Positions 1 through 7,797 of a stretch of 32,000 nucleotides of DNA are shown here, piece by piece (position 1 is the first letter of the stretch; every line of letters begins with the position of its first letter). A program made the translations under genes and the position numbers. The DNA comes from an uncultured archaeon (GTDB taxonomy: Archaea > Iainarchaeota > Iainarchaeia > Iainarchaeales > Iainarchaeaceae): assembly GCA_964577555.1 (NCBI GenBank), contig CAZNZM010000002.1:63012-95011 (forward strand), written 5' to 3'. The notes beneath the pieces were generated by a model. The model had not been told where the DNA came from, made no database searches, and was given only the letters and a program-made list of their open reading frames with translations.

Positions 1-2
1 AA

Positions 3-245
3 GTTAATTATTTTGACGATAATACTCCTATAGAAGCTAAAATAATTTGGTATGCTGATAAAAGGGTTAATCATGATAAAGTGGTTTCTATGGATCAGCG
101 GTATGAGTATTTGAAGGAGCGTTATGGTTCTATTTCAAAGGGAAAGATGGATGAAATAATTGGAACTGAAAAGAATTCAAAAAGGTTGGAAAAAGAATTG
201 CTTGGTTTGGCAGGTGTTAACGAATCTTTGGAGGGTTTGTTGTGA
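3..245 (+). CDS. 3' end of an HD-domain metal-dependent phosphohydrolase-like gene (5' end lies outside the window)
   Basis: Frame 3 is open from the window edge to TGA at 243-245. The translation ...IIWYADKRVNHDKVVSMDQRYEYLKERYG... resembles the C-terminal part of HD/HDIG hydrolases. The stop overlaps the next gene's GTG start. Confidence 0.4.
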   Translation, partial: VNYFDDNTPIEAKIIWYADKRVNHDKVVSMDQRYEYLKERYGSISKGKMDEIIGTEKNSKRLEKELLGLAGVNESLEGLL

Positions 246-583
246 CAAAAGTTAAGAAGTTTGTTAATCCTATTCCAAGGGTTTTGCGTGGCAAGAAAAG
301 GTATTTAAAATTTGCTTTTTTGTCTTTAAAAAGTTTTTCCGAAAAATCTGTTTGGTCTTCTGTCATGAGTGTTTTTTTTCAGCTTTTTGGCGAGGTTGGT
401 TTGGCAAATCAGAAGCTTTGGTTTGTGTCTTGGAATCAGGATAAATGTGAAGGTATTATTCGCTGTAGCCATGATTCGGTTGAGCATGTAAAAGCCGGTT
501 TGTTGTTTGTGCAGGAAATTGATAGTGATAAGGTAATTCCTGTTTTGCTTAAGGTTTCTGGTTCTATTAAGAAGTTGAAGTGA
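242..583 (+). CDS. rnp2: RNase P protein component 2 (Pop5/Rpp14 homologue)
   Basis: 113 aa with LRGKKRYLKF...GIIRC...KVSGSIKKLK, matching the archaeal Pop5 pattern (KKRY, GIIRC, GVSGTIKRLK). GTG start preceded by GGAGGGT. First gene of the exosome superoperon. A T-run follows the stop. Confidence 0.85.
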   Translation: MTKVKKFVNPIPRVLRGKKRYLKFAFLSLKSFSEKSVWSSVMSVFFQLFGEVGLANQKLWFVSWNQDKCEGIIRCSHDSVEHVKAGLLFVQEIDSDKVIPVLLKVSGSIKKLK

Positions 584-628
584 TTTTTTTTGGTTATTAT
601 TATTTTTTTGGTTTTTTTGAAAGTATTA

Positions 629-636
629 TTTATATA
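629..636 (+). promoter_or_regulatory. Candidate TATA box (TTTATATA) for psmA
   Basis: TTTATATA lies about 48 nt upstream of the psmA TTG start. This leaves room for a short leader carrying the GAGAGTGA SD-like site. It sits just after the oligo-T tracts that follow pop5. Confidence 0.35.
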
Positions 637-683
637 CCTTACTATAATGAAATAGTATTGTTTTTCGAAGAGAGTGATTTGTT

Positions 684-1406
684 TTGTATCCAAGTTCTCA
701 GCCTGCAAACTATGATCGTGCAGCCACGATGTTTTCGCCTGATGGAAGGCTTTATCAGGTGGAGTATGCATCTAAAATAGTTTCGCAAGGCACTATGGGT
801 GTTGCTTGTAAGTTTTCTGATGGTGTTGTTTTTGCTGCTGATAAGAAGATAACCAGCAGGCTTTTGATTCCCGACTCTGTTGAGAAAATTTTTCCTATTG
901 ATGATCATATTATTGCGGTTTCTGCGGGGCTTGTTGGTGATGCCAGGCGTCTTATTGGCATTGCTAGGCAGAAGGCTCAAGAGAATAGGATTTATTATGA
1001 TAGTGAGATTCAAATAGAGACTCTTGTTAAGGAAGTTTCAAACATAAAACAGCTTTATACTCAATATGGCGGTATGAGGCCTTTTGGCATTTCATTTATT
1101 GTTGGAGGTGTTGATAGTACTGGCAAGCGTCTTTTTGAAACAGAGCCTTCTGGTGCTCTTGCCGAATATCATGCAATTGCCATAGGCAAAAACAGGAATA
1201 AAGCCATGGATTTTTTTGAAAAGGAATATAAGGAGAATCTTTCAAGGGATGCTGGGGTAAGGCTTTTGCTTAAAGCTCTTGAGTTTGGGCTTGACGAGAA
1301 GGAGAAGCTTGACATTAAAAGGGTTCAAGTAATGTATGTTGATTCTTCAAAAAAGTTTACTTCCATATCCCAAGAAGAGCTTAAGTTAATAATTTCAAAA
1401 CAATGA
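684..1406 (+). CDS. psmA: Proteasome subunit alpha
   Basis: 240 aa. The N-terminus YDRAATMFSPDGRLYQVEYA is the hallmark alpha-subunit motif. TTG start with an upstream SD-like GAGAGTGA. Confidence 0.95.
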   Translation: MYPSSQPANYDRAATMFSPDGRLYQVEYASKIVSQGTMGVACKFSDGVVFAADKKITSRLLIPDSVEKIFPIDDHIIAVSAGLVGDARRLIGIARQKAQENRIYYDSEIQIETLVKEVSNIKQLYTQYGGMRPFGISFIVGGVDSTGKRLFETEPSGALAEYHAIAIGKNRNKAMDFFEKEYKENLSRDAGVRLLLKALEFGLDEKEKLDIKRVQVMYVDSSKKFTSISQEELKLIISKQ

Positions 1407-1449
1407 GTTTTGATTGAATTTGTTTTTTTTAGGGAAAAGGTAATTTAAA

Positions 1450-2151
1450 ATGGTAAGGGTAGAGGATGCGGTAATTGCTCGGTTTGAACATTCTGGGGAG
1501 AGATTTGAAATACTTGTAGATCCCAACCTTGCAATGGATTTGAAGCATGGCAAAGATGTTGATTTTGATGATCTTTTAGCCATTGATTCTATTTTCAAGG
1601 ATGCGCATAAGGGCGAGGTTAAGAGTGAGGAGTCTTTGAGAAAGGTTTTTGGAACCACTAATGTTTATGATGTTGCGAGGCGTATTATACTTGAAGGCGA
1701 GGTGCAATTGACAACTCAACAAAGGAAGGAGATTGCCGATAGGAAAAGAAAGGAGATAATTAATTTTATTTCAAGAAACGCTATGAATCCACAGACAAAG
1801 GCTCCGCATCCTGCCCAAAGAATTGAGGCTGCTCTTAATGAGCTTAAATTTAATGTTGATATAAATAAGCCTACTCAGGAGTTGGTGCAAGAGGCTCTTA
1901 AAGGCATTAGAAAGTTGCTTCCTATTTCAATGGATAAGCTTAATATTGCGGTAAAAATTCCTGCTGAGTTTTCAGGCAAGGCTTCTGTTATTTTGCATAA
2001 GTATGGTTTGAAAAAGGAGGAGTGGCAGAATGATGGTAGTTTGGTTGCGCTTCTTGAATTGCCTGCTGGAGCAAAGCAGGATCTTTTCAATGAATTGAAT
2101 CATTTGACGCATGGACAGGTTGAGTCAAGGATTTTGGAGAACAAGGGGTGA
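1450..2151 (+). CDS. SBDS/Sdo1 family ribosome maturation protein
   Basis: 233 aa. The N-terminus VIARFEHSGERFEILVDPNLAMDLKHGKDVDFDDLLAIDSIFKDAHKGE is typical of the FYSH domain. Position between psmA and rrp4 matches the superoperon. Confidence 0.9.
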   Translation: MVRVEDAVIARFEHSGERFEILVDPNLAMDLKHGKDVDFDDLLAIDSIFKDAHKGEVKSEESLRKVFGTTNVYDVARRIILEGEVQLTTQQRKEIADRKRKEIINFISRNAMNPQTKAPHPAQRIEAALNELKFNVDINKPTQELVQEALKGIRKLLPISMDKLNIAVKIPAEFSGKASVILHKYGLKKEEWQNDGSLVALLELPAGAKQDLFNELNHLTHGQVESRILENKG

Positions 2152-2157
2152 GTTTTT

Positions 2158-2832
2158 GTGAAAAGATTGGTTATACCTGGTGAATTGGTGACTGAGGAGA
2201 GGAAGAAGTTGGGTTCTCATGTTTTTGTGCGTGAGGGCAAAATTTATTCTGATTCCATTGGTTTGGTGAATGATGAGAGTGATTTTGCTTCTGTCGTGCC
2301 TCTTGAAGGCAGGTATATGCCTCAAGTTGGTGATATTGTAATAGGGGTTATTACTGGGGAGAAATTTGCTGTTTATGTCATTGATATAAATAGTTTTTAT
2401 CAAAGTTTTGTTTTGAAGAAGGATATTCGTGAAATGCTTAAACCTGGTAGTATTGTTTCTGCAAAAGTTGTTAAGGTTAATGAGCTTAATGAAGTGGAAC
2501 TTGCAATGCCGAGGCTTTTTTTTGGTGGTGAAGTTATTGATATTTCTCCTGTGAAAATACCTCGTGTTATAGGCCGGGATGGTTCTATGTTGAATTTGCT
2601 TAAAGAGGGTACCGGCTCTATGATAATGGTTGGCAGGAATGGGCGTATTTGGGCAAAAGGCGGCAATATTGATTTGCTCAAAAAGGCTCTTGCCAAGATT
2701 GAGTCGGAAGCTCATTTGGATAATCTTACTAACAGAGTTGCTGAGTTTCTTAATTTGCATTCTGTTAATAAGCCGAAATTGGCTTCTGATGGTTTGCATG
2801 ATGGTTTTGATAATGAAGAGGTTGATCATTAA
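2158..2832 (+). CDS. rrp4: Exosome complex RNA-binding subunit Rrp4 (S1 + KH)
   Basis: 224 aa with VIPGELV at the N-terminus, an S1-like core (GDIVIGVITGE...) and a KH-like GRDGSMLNLLKEGTGSMIMVGRNGRIW. GTG start preceded by GGGGTGA. Its stop overlaps the rrp41 ATG (TAATG). Confidence 0.9.
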   Translation: MKRLVIPGELVTEERKKLGSHVFVREGKIYSDSIGLVNDESDFASVVPLEGRYMPQVGDIVIGVITGEKFAVYVIDINSFYQSFVLKKDIREMLKPGSIVSAKVVKVNELNEVELAMPRLFFGGEVIDISPVKIPRVIGRDGSMLNLLKEGTGSMIMVGRNGRIWAKGGNIDLLKKALAKIESEAHLDNLTNRVAEFLNLHSVNKPKLASDGLHDGFDNEEVDH

Positions 2833-3599
2833 TGGGTAAAAAGAAGGAAGTTGAAATGACATATGTGGATTCAAAAGGTAAAAGGCTTGATGGAAGAAAA
2901 GTTGATGAGCTTAGGCCTATAAAAATAACTTGTGGAGTCATACCAATGGCTGATGGTTCTGCTTACCTTGAATGGGGGCAGAATAAGGTTATTGCTGCGG
3001 TTCATGGGCCTTCTGAATGTTTGCCAAAGCATACTGCTTCGCCGTATAAGGCAATGGTGAAGTTTAGTTATAGGATGGCTACTTTCAGCGTGCCTGATAG
3101 AAAAAATCCCAAGCCTGGCAGAAGGGAGATTGAGATTTCGAAGGTTTGTGGTGAAGCTCTTGAAAGAGTGATTTTTACTGAGCGTTTTCCAAATACTGAA
3201 ATTAATATAACTGTTGAAATAATTGACAGCAACGCTGGTTCAAGGATTGCTGCTCTTACTGCAGCTTCCGTGGCGCTTGCAGATGCTGGCATTCCAATGA
3301 GGGACATGGTTTGTGGCACAAGTGTTGGCAAGGCTGGTGGCAAGTTGATTGTGGATTTGAATAAGGATGAAGAGGATGCTCCTGATGCTGTTGATATTCC
3401 TGTTGCAATAATGCCTAATACTGGTGAGATAGTTTTGTTGCAGCTTGACGGGATATTGACTCGCAAAGAGTGGGATGATGCTGTGAAAATGGCTTTTGAA
3501 GCAGCGCAAAAGGTTTATGAAATACAAAGACAGGCTCTTAAAGCCAAATATGCTGAGCCTGATGCAGTTAGTGAGAAAGGAGTTGAGCAGGATGAGTAA
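2832..3599 (+). CDS. rrp41: Exosome complex exonuclease Rrp41 (RNase PH family)
   Basis: 255 aa. DGRKVDELRPIKITCGVIPMADGSAYLEWGQNKVIAAVHGP and a second RNase PH-like half. Confidence 0.93.
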   Translation: MGKKKEVEMTYVDSKGKRLDGRKVDELRPIKITCGVIPMADGSAYLEWGQNKVIAAVHGPSECLPKHTASPYKAMVKFSYRMATFSVPDRKNPKPGRREIEISKVCGEALERVIFTERFPNTEINITVEIIDSNAGSRIAALTAASVALADAGIPMRDMVCGTSVGKAGGKLIVDLNKDEEDAPDAVDIPVAIMPNTGEIVLLQLDGILTRKEWDDAVKMAFEAAQKVYEIQRQALKAKYAEPDAVSEKGVEQDE

Positions 3600-4371
3600 T
3601 GGTTTTTGGGATTTGAGGGTTGATAAGATTATTGCTGATCTCAAGGAAGGCAAGAGGCAGGATGGCAGGAAAGTTGACGAGCTTAGAAACGTGGTTATTA
3701 CAAATAACATAAGCGAGAATGCTGCTGGTTCAGCAAGAGTTAAATGGGGCTATACTGATGTTATATTTGGAGTAAAATTTGAAATTGCTGAACCTTATCC
3801 TGATACTCCTGATGAAGGCGGCATAAGTGTAGGAGTTGAACTTTTGCCAATGGCGGATCCTGATTATGAAGTTGGTCCGCCTTCGGAAGAGGCTATTGAG
3901 CTTTCAAGAGTTGTTGACAGGGGAATAAGAGAGAGCAAGGGTATTGATTTTAAGGAGCTTTGCCTTGTTGAAGGTGAAAAAGTTTTGATGGCTTATGTGG
4001 ATGGTTATGTCATTAATAATGATGGCAACCTTTTTGATGCGTGTGCAATTGGTGCTTTGAGTTCTCTTCTAAATTGCAGACTTCCAAAAGTTGAAGACGG
4101 CAAAATCGTGGCAGGAGAATACTCTGGCAAATTGAAGTTGAAGTACAAACCAATTTTAAGCACTTTTGGCAAAATAGGGACTGTCATTGTTGCTGATCCT
4201 TTGTTGGCTGAAGAAAAAGCAATGTCTGCAAGGTTTTCGGTTTCTTTGATGGACGATGACAGAATATGTGCGTTTCAAAAAGGACTTTCAGGTTCTTTTA
4301 AATTGGACGAAATAAACAATTGTCTTGACATTGCCGCAAAGAACAGTAAGCTTTTAAGAAAGTTATTGTAG
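3592..4371 (+). CDS. rrp42: Exosome complex subunit Rrp42 (RNase PH family, non-catalytic)
   Basis: The ORF track opens at 3496. The ATG at 3592 overlaps the rrp41 stop by 8 nt and gives MSNGFWDLRVDKIIADLKEGKRQDGRKVDELRNV..., a typical Rrp42 N-terminus. Confidence 0.9.
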   Translation: MSNGFWDLRVDKIIADLKEGKRQDGRKVDELRNVVITNNISENAAGSARVKWGYTDVIFGVKFEIAEPYPDTPDEGGISVGVELLPMADPDYEVGPPSEEAIELSRVVDRGIRESKGIDFKELCLVEGEKVLMAYVDGYVINNDGNLFDACAIGALSSLLNCRLPKVEDGKIVAGEYSGKLKLKYKPILSTFGKIGTVIVADPLLAEEKAMSARFSVSLMDDDRICAFQKGLSGSFKLDEINNCLDIAAKNSKLLRKLL

Positions 4372-4382
4372 GAGTGTAAATT

Positions 4383-4739
4383 ATGGGTAGTACAAAAAAA
4401 GTTAAAAGTACAGGGCGTTTTGGCTCGCGTTATGGCGTAGGGATAAGAAAAAGGCTTCTTGATATAGAGCCAGAACAAAAAGCAAAAAACAAATGCCCTG
4501 ATTGTGGTTCTTATAATGTTAAAAGGGTAAGCAAAGGTATTTTTGAATGCAAAAAATGCAATGCCAAATTTATTGGCGGAGCCTATTTGCCTCAAACTCT
4601 TGCCGGCAAAATTATAAATCAAATGGTTTCACTTAAAAGTTTCTCACAAGAAATGCTTGCTTCGCTTTCAAAGGCAAAGGGCGAAGAATTGCAAAGTGAT
4701 GGCCAACAAGGTGATAATGAAAAAAAGGAGGTTGCTTGA
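4383..4739 (+). CDS. rpl37ae: Large-subunit ribosomal protein L37Ae (eL43) with an extended acidic C-terminal tail
   Basis: GRFGSRYGVGIRKR plus the zinc ribbon CPDCG...CKKCNAKFIGGAY. GGAGTG SD lies upstream. Confidence 0.93.
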   Translation: MGSTKKVKSTGRFGSRYGVGIRKRLLDIEPEQKAKNKCPDCGSYNVKRVSKGIFECKKCNAKFIGGAYLPQTLAGKIINQMVSLKSFSQEMLASLSKAKGEELQSDGQQGDNEKKEVA

Positions 4740-4871
4740 ATGTATAAATGTTTGCAATGCGGAAAGGAAGTTTCTAACCTAGTGGCTGGTGCGATCAGGT
4801 GTCCTGCTTGCGGTTCAAAAATTTTTTCCAAAATGAGAGACTCTATTTTAAAAAATGTGAAGGCAGTTTGA
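4740..4871 (+). CDS. rpoP: DNA-directed RNA polymerase subunit P (Rpo12/RpoP)
   Basis: 43-aa ORF missing from the track because it is under 60 aa: MYKCLQCGKEVSNLVAGAIRCPACGSKIFSKMRDSILKNVKAV. It has a CxxC...CxxC zinc ribbon. The ATG abuts the L37Ae stop, which is the canonical superoperon position. Confidence 0.85.
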   Translation: MYKCLQCGKEVSNLVAGAIRCPACGSKIFSKMRDSILKNVKAV

Positions 4872-5107
4872 TGGAACAAGTTTTTTTGGAATTCAGGTTT
4901 CAAAACGAAACCTGTGCCAATTTTGCGGTTTTGGCATTATCGCCTGAATTGAATAGAAGATTAGGTCAACGTTCTTCAATTTTAATACAAAGCAATAAAA
5001 ATATTGTCAAGCTTAAAATATTTGCAAATGACAAGCATGCTTTGAAAGCTTCAGAGCATTCTTATAAAAGTTTGTTGGGTCTTTGTCTTAAACTTTGCAA
5101 TTTATGA
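4871..5107 (+). CDS. KEOPS subunit Pcc1-like protein
   Basis: The ATG at 4871 overlaps the rpoP stop (TGATG). The 78-aa product has FxF, LSPE and IFANDKHALKASEHSYKSLLGL, following the Pcc1 pattern (A.D..ALRA..NSYLR). The track ORF start at 4799 would overlap rpoP. Confidence 0.6.
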   Translation: MEQVFLEFRFQNETCANFAVLALSPELNRRLGQRSSILIQSNKNIVKLKIFANDKHALKASEHSYKSLLGLCLKLCNL

Positions 5108-5120
5108 AGGTGGATTTTTT

Positions 5121-5474
5121 ATGGTTGATTTGAACAAAAACATTCAAGAATTTGAAAGAAGCAGGGTTCAACTTGCCGCAATAGAAAACCAAAGCAATAC
5201 TCTTTCAATGCAAAGCAAATTCATAGATGAAGCGTTGAAAGAATTAAAAGAAACTAAAGAGGAAAAGGTTTACAAGGCTGTTGGAAACATTTTAATACTT
5301 TCAGATTCAAAAAAAGTCATGAAAGAACTTGAAGAGCAGAAGGAAACAATTGCCTTGAGATTGAAGACAATTAAAAAGCAGGAAGAAGCAGTTATTGACA
5401 AAATGAACAAGCTCAAAAACGAAATTGAAAATGCTCAAAAAAGTTCCACTGGAGAAAATAAAGAGGAAAATTAA
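5121..5474 (+). CDS. pfdB: Prefoldin subunit beta
   Basis: 117 aa with coiled coil / beta-hairpin (VYKAVGNILI) / coiled coil architecture. GGTGGA SD upstream. Confidence 0.85.
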   Translation: MVDLNKNIQEFERSRVQLAAIENQSNTLSMQSKFIDEALKELKETKEEKVYKAVGNILILSDSKKVMKELEEQKETIALRLKTIKKQEEAVIDKMNKLKNEIENAQKSSTGENKEEN

Positions 5475-6488
5475 ATGGTGCTGAAAAGCCTTTCAAAGTT
5501 TTTCGGCAAAAAATTGCTTATTATTGCTCATTCCGGCGCTGATGTTGATGCCATGGCTTCGGCTGGCGCCATATATTTTTCATTACGTAAAAAAATCCAG
5601 ATTAAAATAGGTGTTCCGGACCATGTGAACCTCAACGCAAAAAAATTGTGTGAAAGCCTTGGCATAAAATACGAAATTAATCCTTTATTAAAAAATTTTG
5701 ATTGCGTTTTATGTGTTGACTTTTCAAGTAGCGAAATGCTTGGGTCGATGAAAAAAGATTTTGATTTTTTTACTGGTGAAAAATTTGTTATAGATCACCA
5801 CGACAAAAAAAAGCCACGTCTTGTTCCTGAAAACAATTTTGTAATTAGGGAAACCGCTGTTTCTTCGACTGAAATTGTTTATGAATTGCTGAAATCAACC
5901 AATGGAGCAACCATTTCAAAAAAAGCATATGCTTGTATTGCAGCCGGAATAATTTCAGATTCTGCAGGATTTATGGTTGCCGACCACAATACTTTTTCAA
6001 TAATGGCTGATTCTCTTAAAGGCGCAGGCATGTCGTATTATAAAGTCGCTTCGCTTTTTTATTTGCCAAAAGATATTTCCGAATCCATTGCAATGTTAAA
6101 AGCGGCAAAAAGAGCAAGGTTTTTCAGGAGTAGCAATGTTTTAATTGCAATATCTCAAATAGGTTCTTTTGAAGCTGATGCCGCTTCAGGATTGATTAAG
6201 TTAGGAGCGACTGTCGCCTTTTGTGGTTATGCTGAGAAAAGCAAAATAAGGGTTAGTGGTAGAGTGAATAATAATTGGTTAAAAGAAAACAACTTTGATT
6301 TGGCAAAAGACGTATTTCAAAAACTTGCGTTAAAGTTTGGCGGAGCGGGTGGTGGCCATTCCGGAGCGGCTGGTTTCAACGGAAACGGAGAAGAAGTTGA
6401 ATCAGTTTTATTAGAATGCGTAAGGCTTGTCCATTCATTTGTTTTAAATAAATTTAAAGGGGCAAAATTGAGTGAACTTGTTGATTAA
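5475..6488 (+). CDS. DHH/DHHA1 family phosphoesterase (NrnA/RecJ-like)
   Basis: 337 aa. Motifs HSGADVDAMAS (DHH motif I-II region), VIDHHD (DHH) and GGGHSGAAGF (DHHA1). The ATG directly abuts the pfdB stop. Confidence 0.85.
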   Translation: MVLKSLSKFFGKKLLIIAHSGADVDAMASAGAIYFSLRKKIQIKIGVPDHVNLNAKKLCESLGIKYEINPLLKNFDCVLCVDFSSSEMLGSMKKDFDFFTGEKFVIDHHDKKKPRLVPENNFVIRETAVSSTEIVYELLKSTNGATISKKAYACIAAGIISDSAGFMVADHNTFSIMADSLKGAGMSYYKVASLFYLPKDISESIAMLKAAKRARFFRSSNVLIAISQIGSFEADAASGLIKLGATVAFCGYAEKSKIRVSGRVNNNWLKENNFDLAKDVFQKLALKFGGAGGGHSGAAGFNGNGEEVESVLLECVRLVHSFVLNKFKGAKLSELVD

Positions 6489-6574
6489 TTTTTTAGCGCT
6501 TGCCGCTTTGAAAGTGAAAAATTGTGTCTTTTAAGAACCTTAAGAACCAAGTACTTTAATTGGTAGTAGGCCCT

Positions 6575-6760
6575 TTATTTTTTTCTTTTTTTTCTTTCAG
6601 CTTCAAGGTCTTTTATTTTTTCAATTTCTTCAGGATTATATGGTTTTGCATATTTCCTGTATTTTGTTTTAGCCCAATGTTCAGGTTGTTTTTTTCTTAA
6701 TTCAAGCTCTTCATTTATCAAATTTTTTCTGAGTTTTTCCGACGGTTTAGGAAACTGCAC
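6575..6760 (-). CDS. Hypothetical small basic K/E-rich protein
   Basis: 61-aa ORF with a GTG start and no recognisable motif. It may not be a real gene. Confidence 0.3.
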   Translation of the reverse strand: MQFPKPSEKLRKNLINEELELRKKQPEHWAKTKYRKYAKPYNPEEIEKIKDLEAERKKRKK

Positions 6761-6877
6761 ATATTAATATTGTTTTTTTTATATTTAAGCCAACCTGTTA
6801 AATGTGTTAGATGAAAGAGGTTTAAAAGTTTTTGATTTTTTTTTAGCTTCAATTGGTCAATTAAGAATTTTTCATAT

Positions 6878-7195
6878 TTACATGTTTTTTATTTTTAAAA
6901 AACAAGATTCGCATATGAATTTATCCATGAAGTCCATTCCATTTTTGCTGAATTGAGAGCACAATATGCACGGTCTGCCTTCTTTTATTTTAGTTTGGAG
7001 GCTCCAAATGTAAAGAGTTTCCCAGTCAAGCCAAGCAGGAAGAACAATTTCATTTAATACTGTTTTATCGTTTTGCTGTATTCTAATAATTTGAGATGGT
7101 ACTAGTTGTTTATTGAGTTTTTCCAAAAATTCAACTCTTTCTTTTTGTCCTCGTCTTATCATATCTAATTTTTTTGCTTCCCAAATTTCATCCAT
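6878..7195 (-). CDS. Hypothetical protein with a C-terminal CxxC...CxxC zinc-ribbon-like motif
   Basis: 105 aa with an ATG start. Contains CILCSQ...CESCF. No family recognised. Confidence 0.45.
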   Translation of the reverse strand: MDEIWEAKKLDMIRRGQKERVEFLEKLNKQLVPSQIIRIQQNDKTVLNEIVLPAWLDWETLYIWSLQTKIKEGRPCILCSQFSKNGMDFMDKFICESCFLKIKNM

Positions 7196-7376
7196 GAATT
7201 AAGAAAATGCATTAATATATTTAATTTCAACTGTTGTCAGATTTGCCGGTTAAAGTTGTAAATTTTTATTTAAAAAACAGGGGCCTTTTTGTGCGCAAGG
7301 CTTGGCAATTATGCATTGTTTTTATCTGAAAAAAATTGTGCTTTAATAGGGTAAGAAGTATTTTAAATTAATTTTT

Positions 7377-7742
7377 TTAAAGGTATATTATTTTTTTTCC
7401 TTTTTTTATTTTTTTCCTTTCAGCATACTTTATCAGATAATGGCAGGTGCTTTTAGGTATGCCTGTTATTTTCTCTATTTCTCGGTATGTTCTGTTGTCT
7501 CTGTGCATTTCCACTACTTCTAAAATTTTTTCCAAGTCGAGTTTTATAGGTCTTCCAGCAGAATTTTCAACAATTATGTTTCCGCCTGATTCTTTTATGA
7601 GTTTTAAAGTTTTTTTTGGCATTCGCTCTAATGTGCTTTTCGGCATTCTGAATTCTTTTATTCCTGATTCAATCATTTTTTTCACATAGGCAAATTTTTG
7701 AGGCCTTGCCAAATGGATTTTTGTTTCATTCATACTACTCAT
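7377..7742 (-). CDS. Small helix-turn-helix DNA-binding protein
   Basis: 121 aa. The C-terminal RTYREIEKITGIPKSTCHYLIKYA looks like a resolvase/Psq-type HTH. Confidence 0.5.
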   Translation of the reverse strand: MSSMNETKIHLARPQKFAYVKKMIESGIKEFRMPKSTLERMPKKTLKLIKESGGNIIVENSAGRPIKLDLEKILEVVEMHRDNRTYREIEKITGIPKSTCHYLIKYAERKKIKKGKKIIYL

Positions 7743-7797
7743 TTTTGATATACGTAACTTTTTTAAGTAAATTCAAATTCTTTTTTTGCTGATTTGT

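Noticed and set aside
2125-2874. 249-aa minus-strand ORF
   Set aside because: It is fully antisense to rrp4, with an asparagine/isoleucine-rich composition typical of shadow ORFs in AT-rich DNA. No homology signal.
6531-6548. Tandem duplication TTAAGAACC x2 in the spacer after the DHH gene
   Set aside because: There are only two 9-nt copies in an AT-rich spacer. No further copies or associated structure were seen, so it is most likely chance or slippage.
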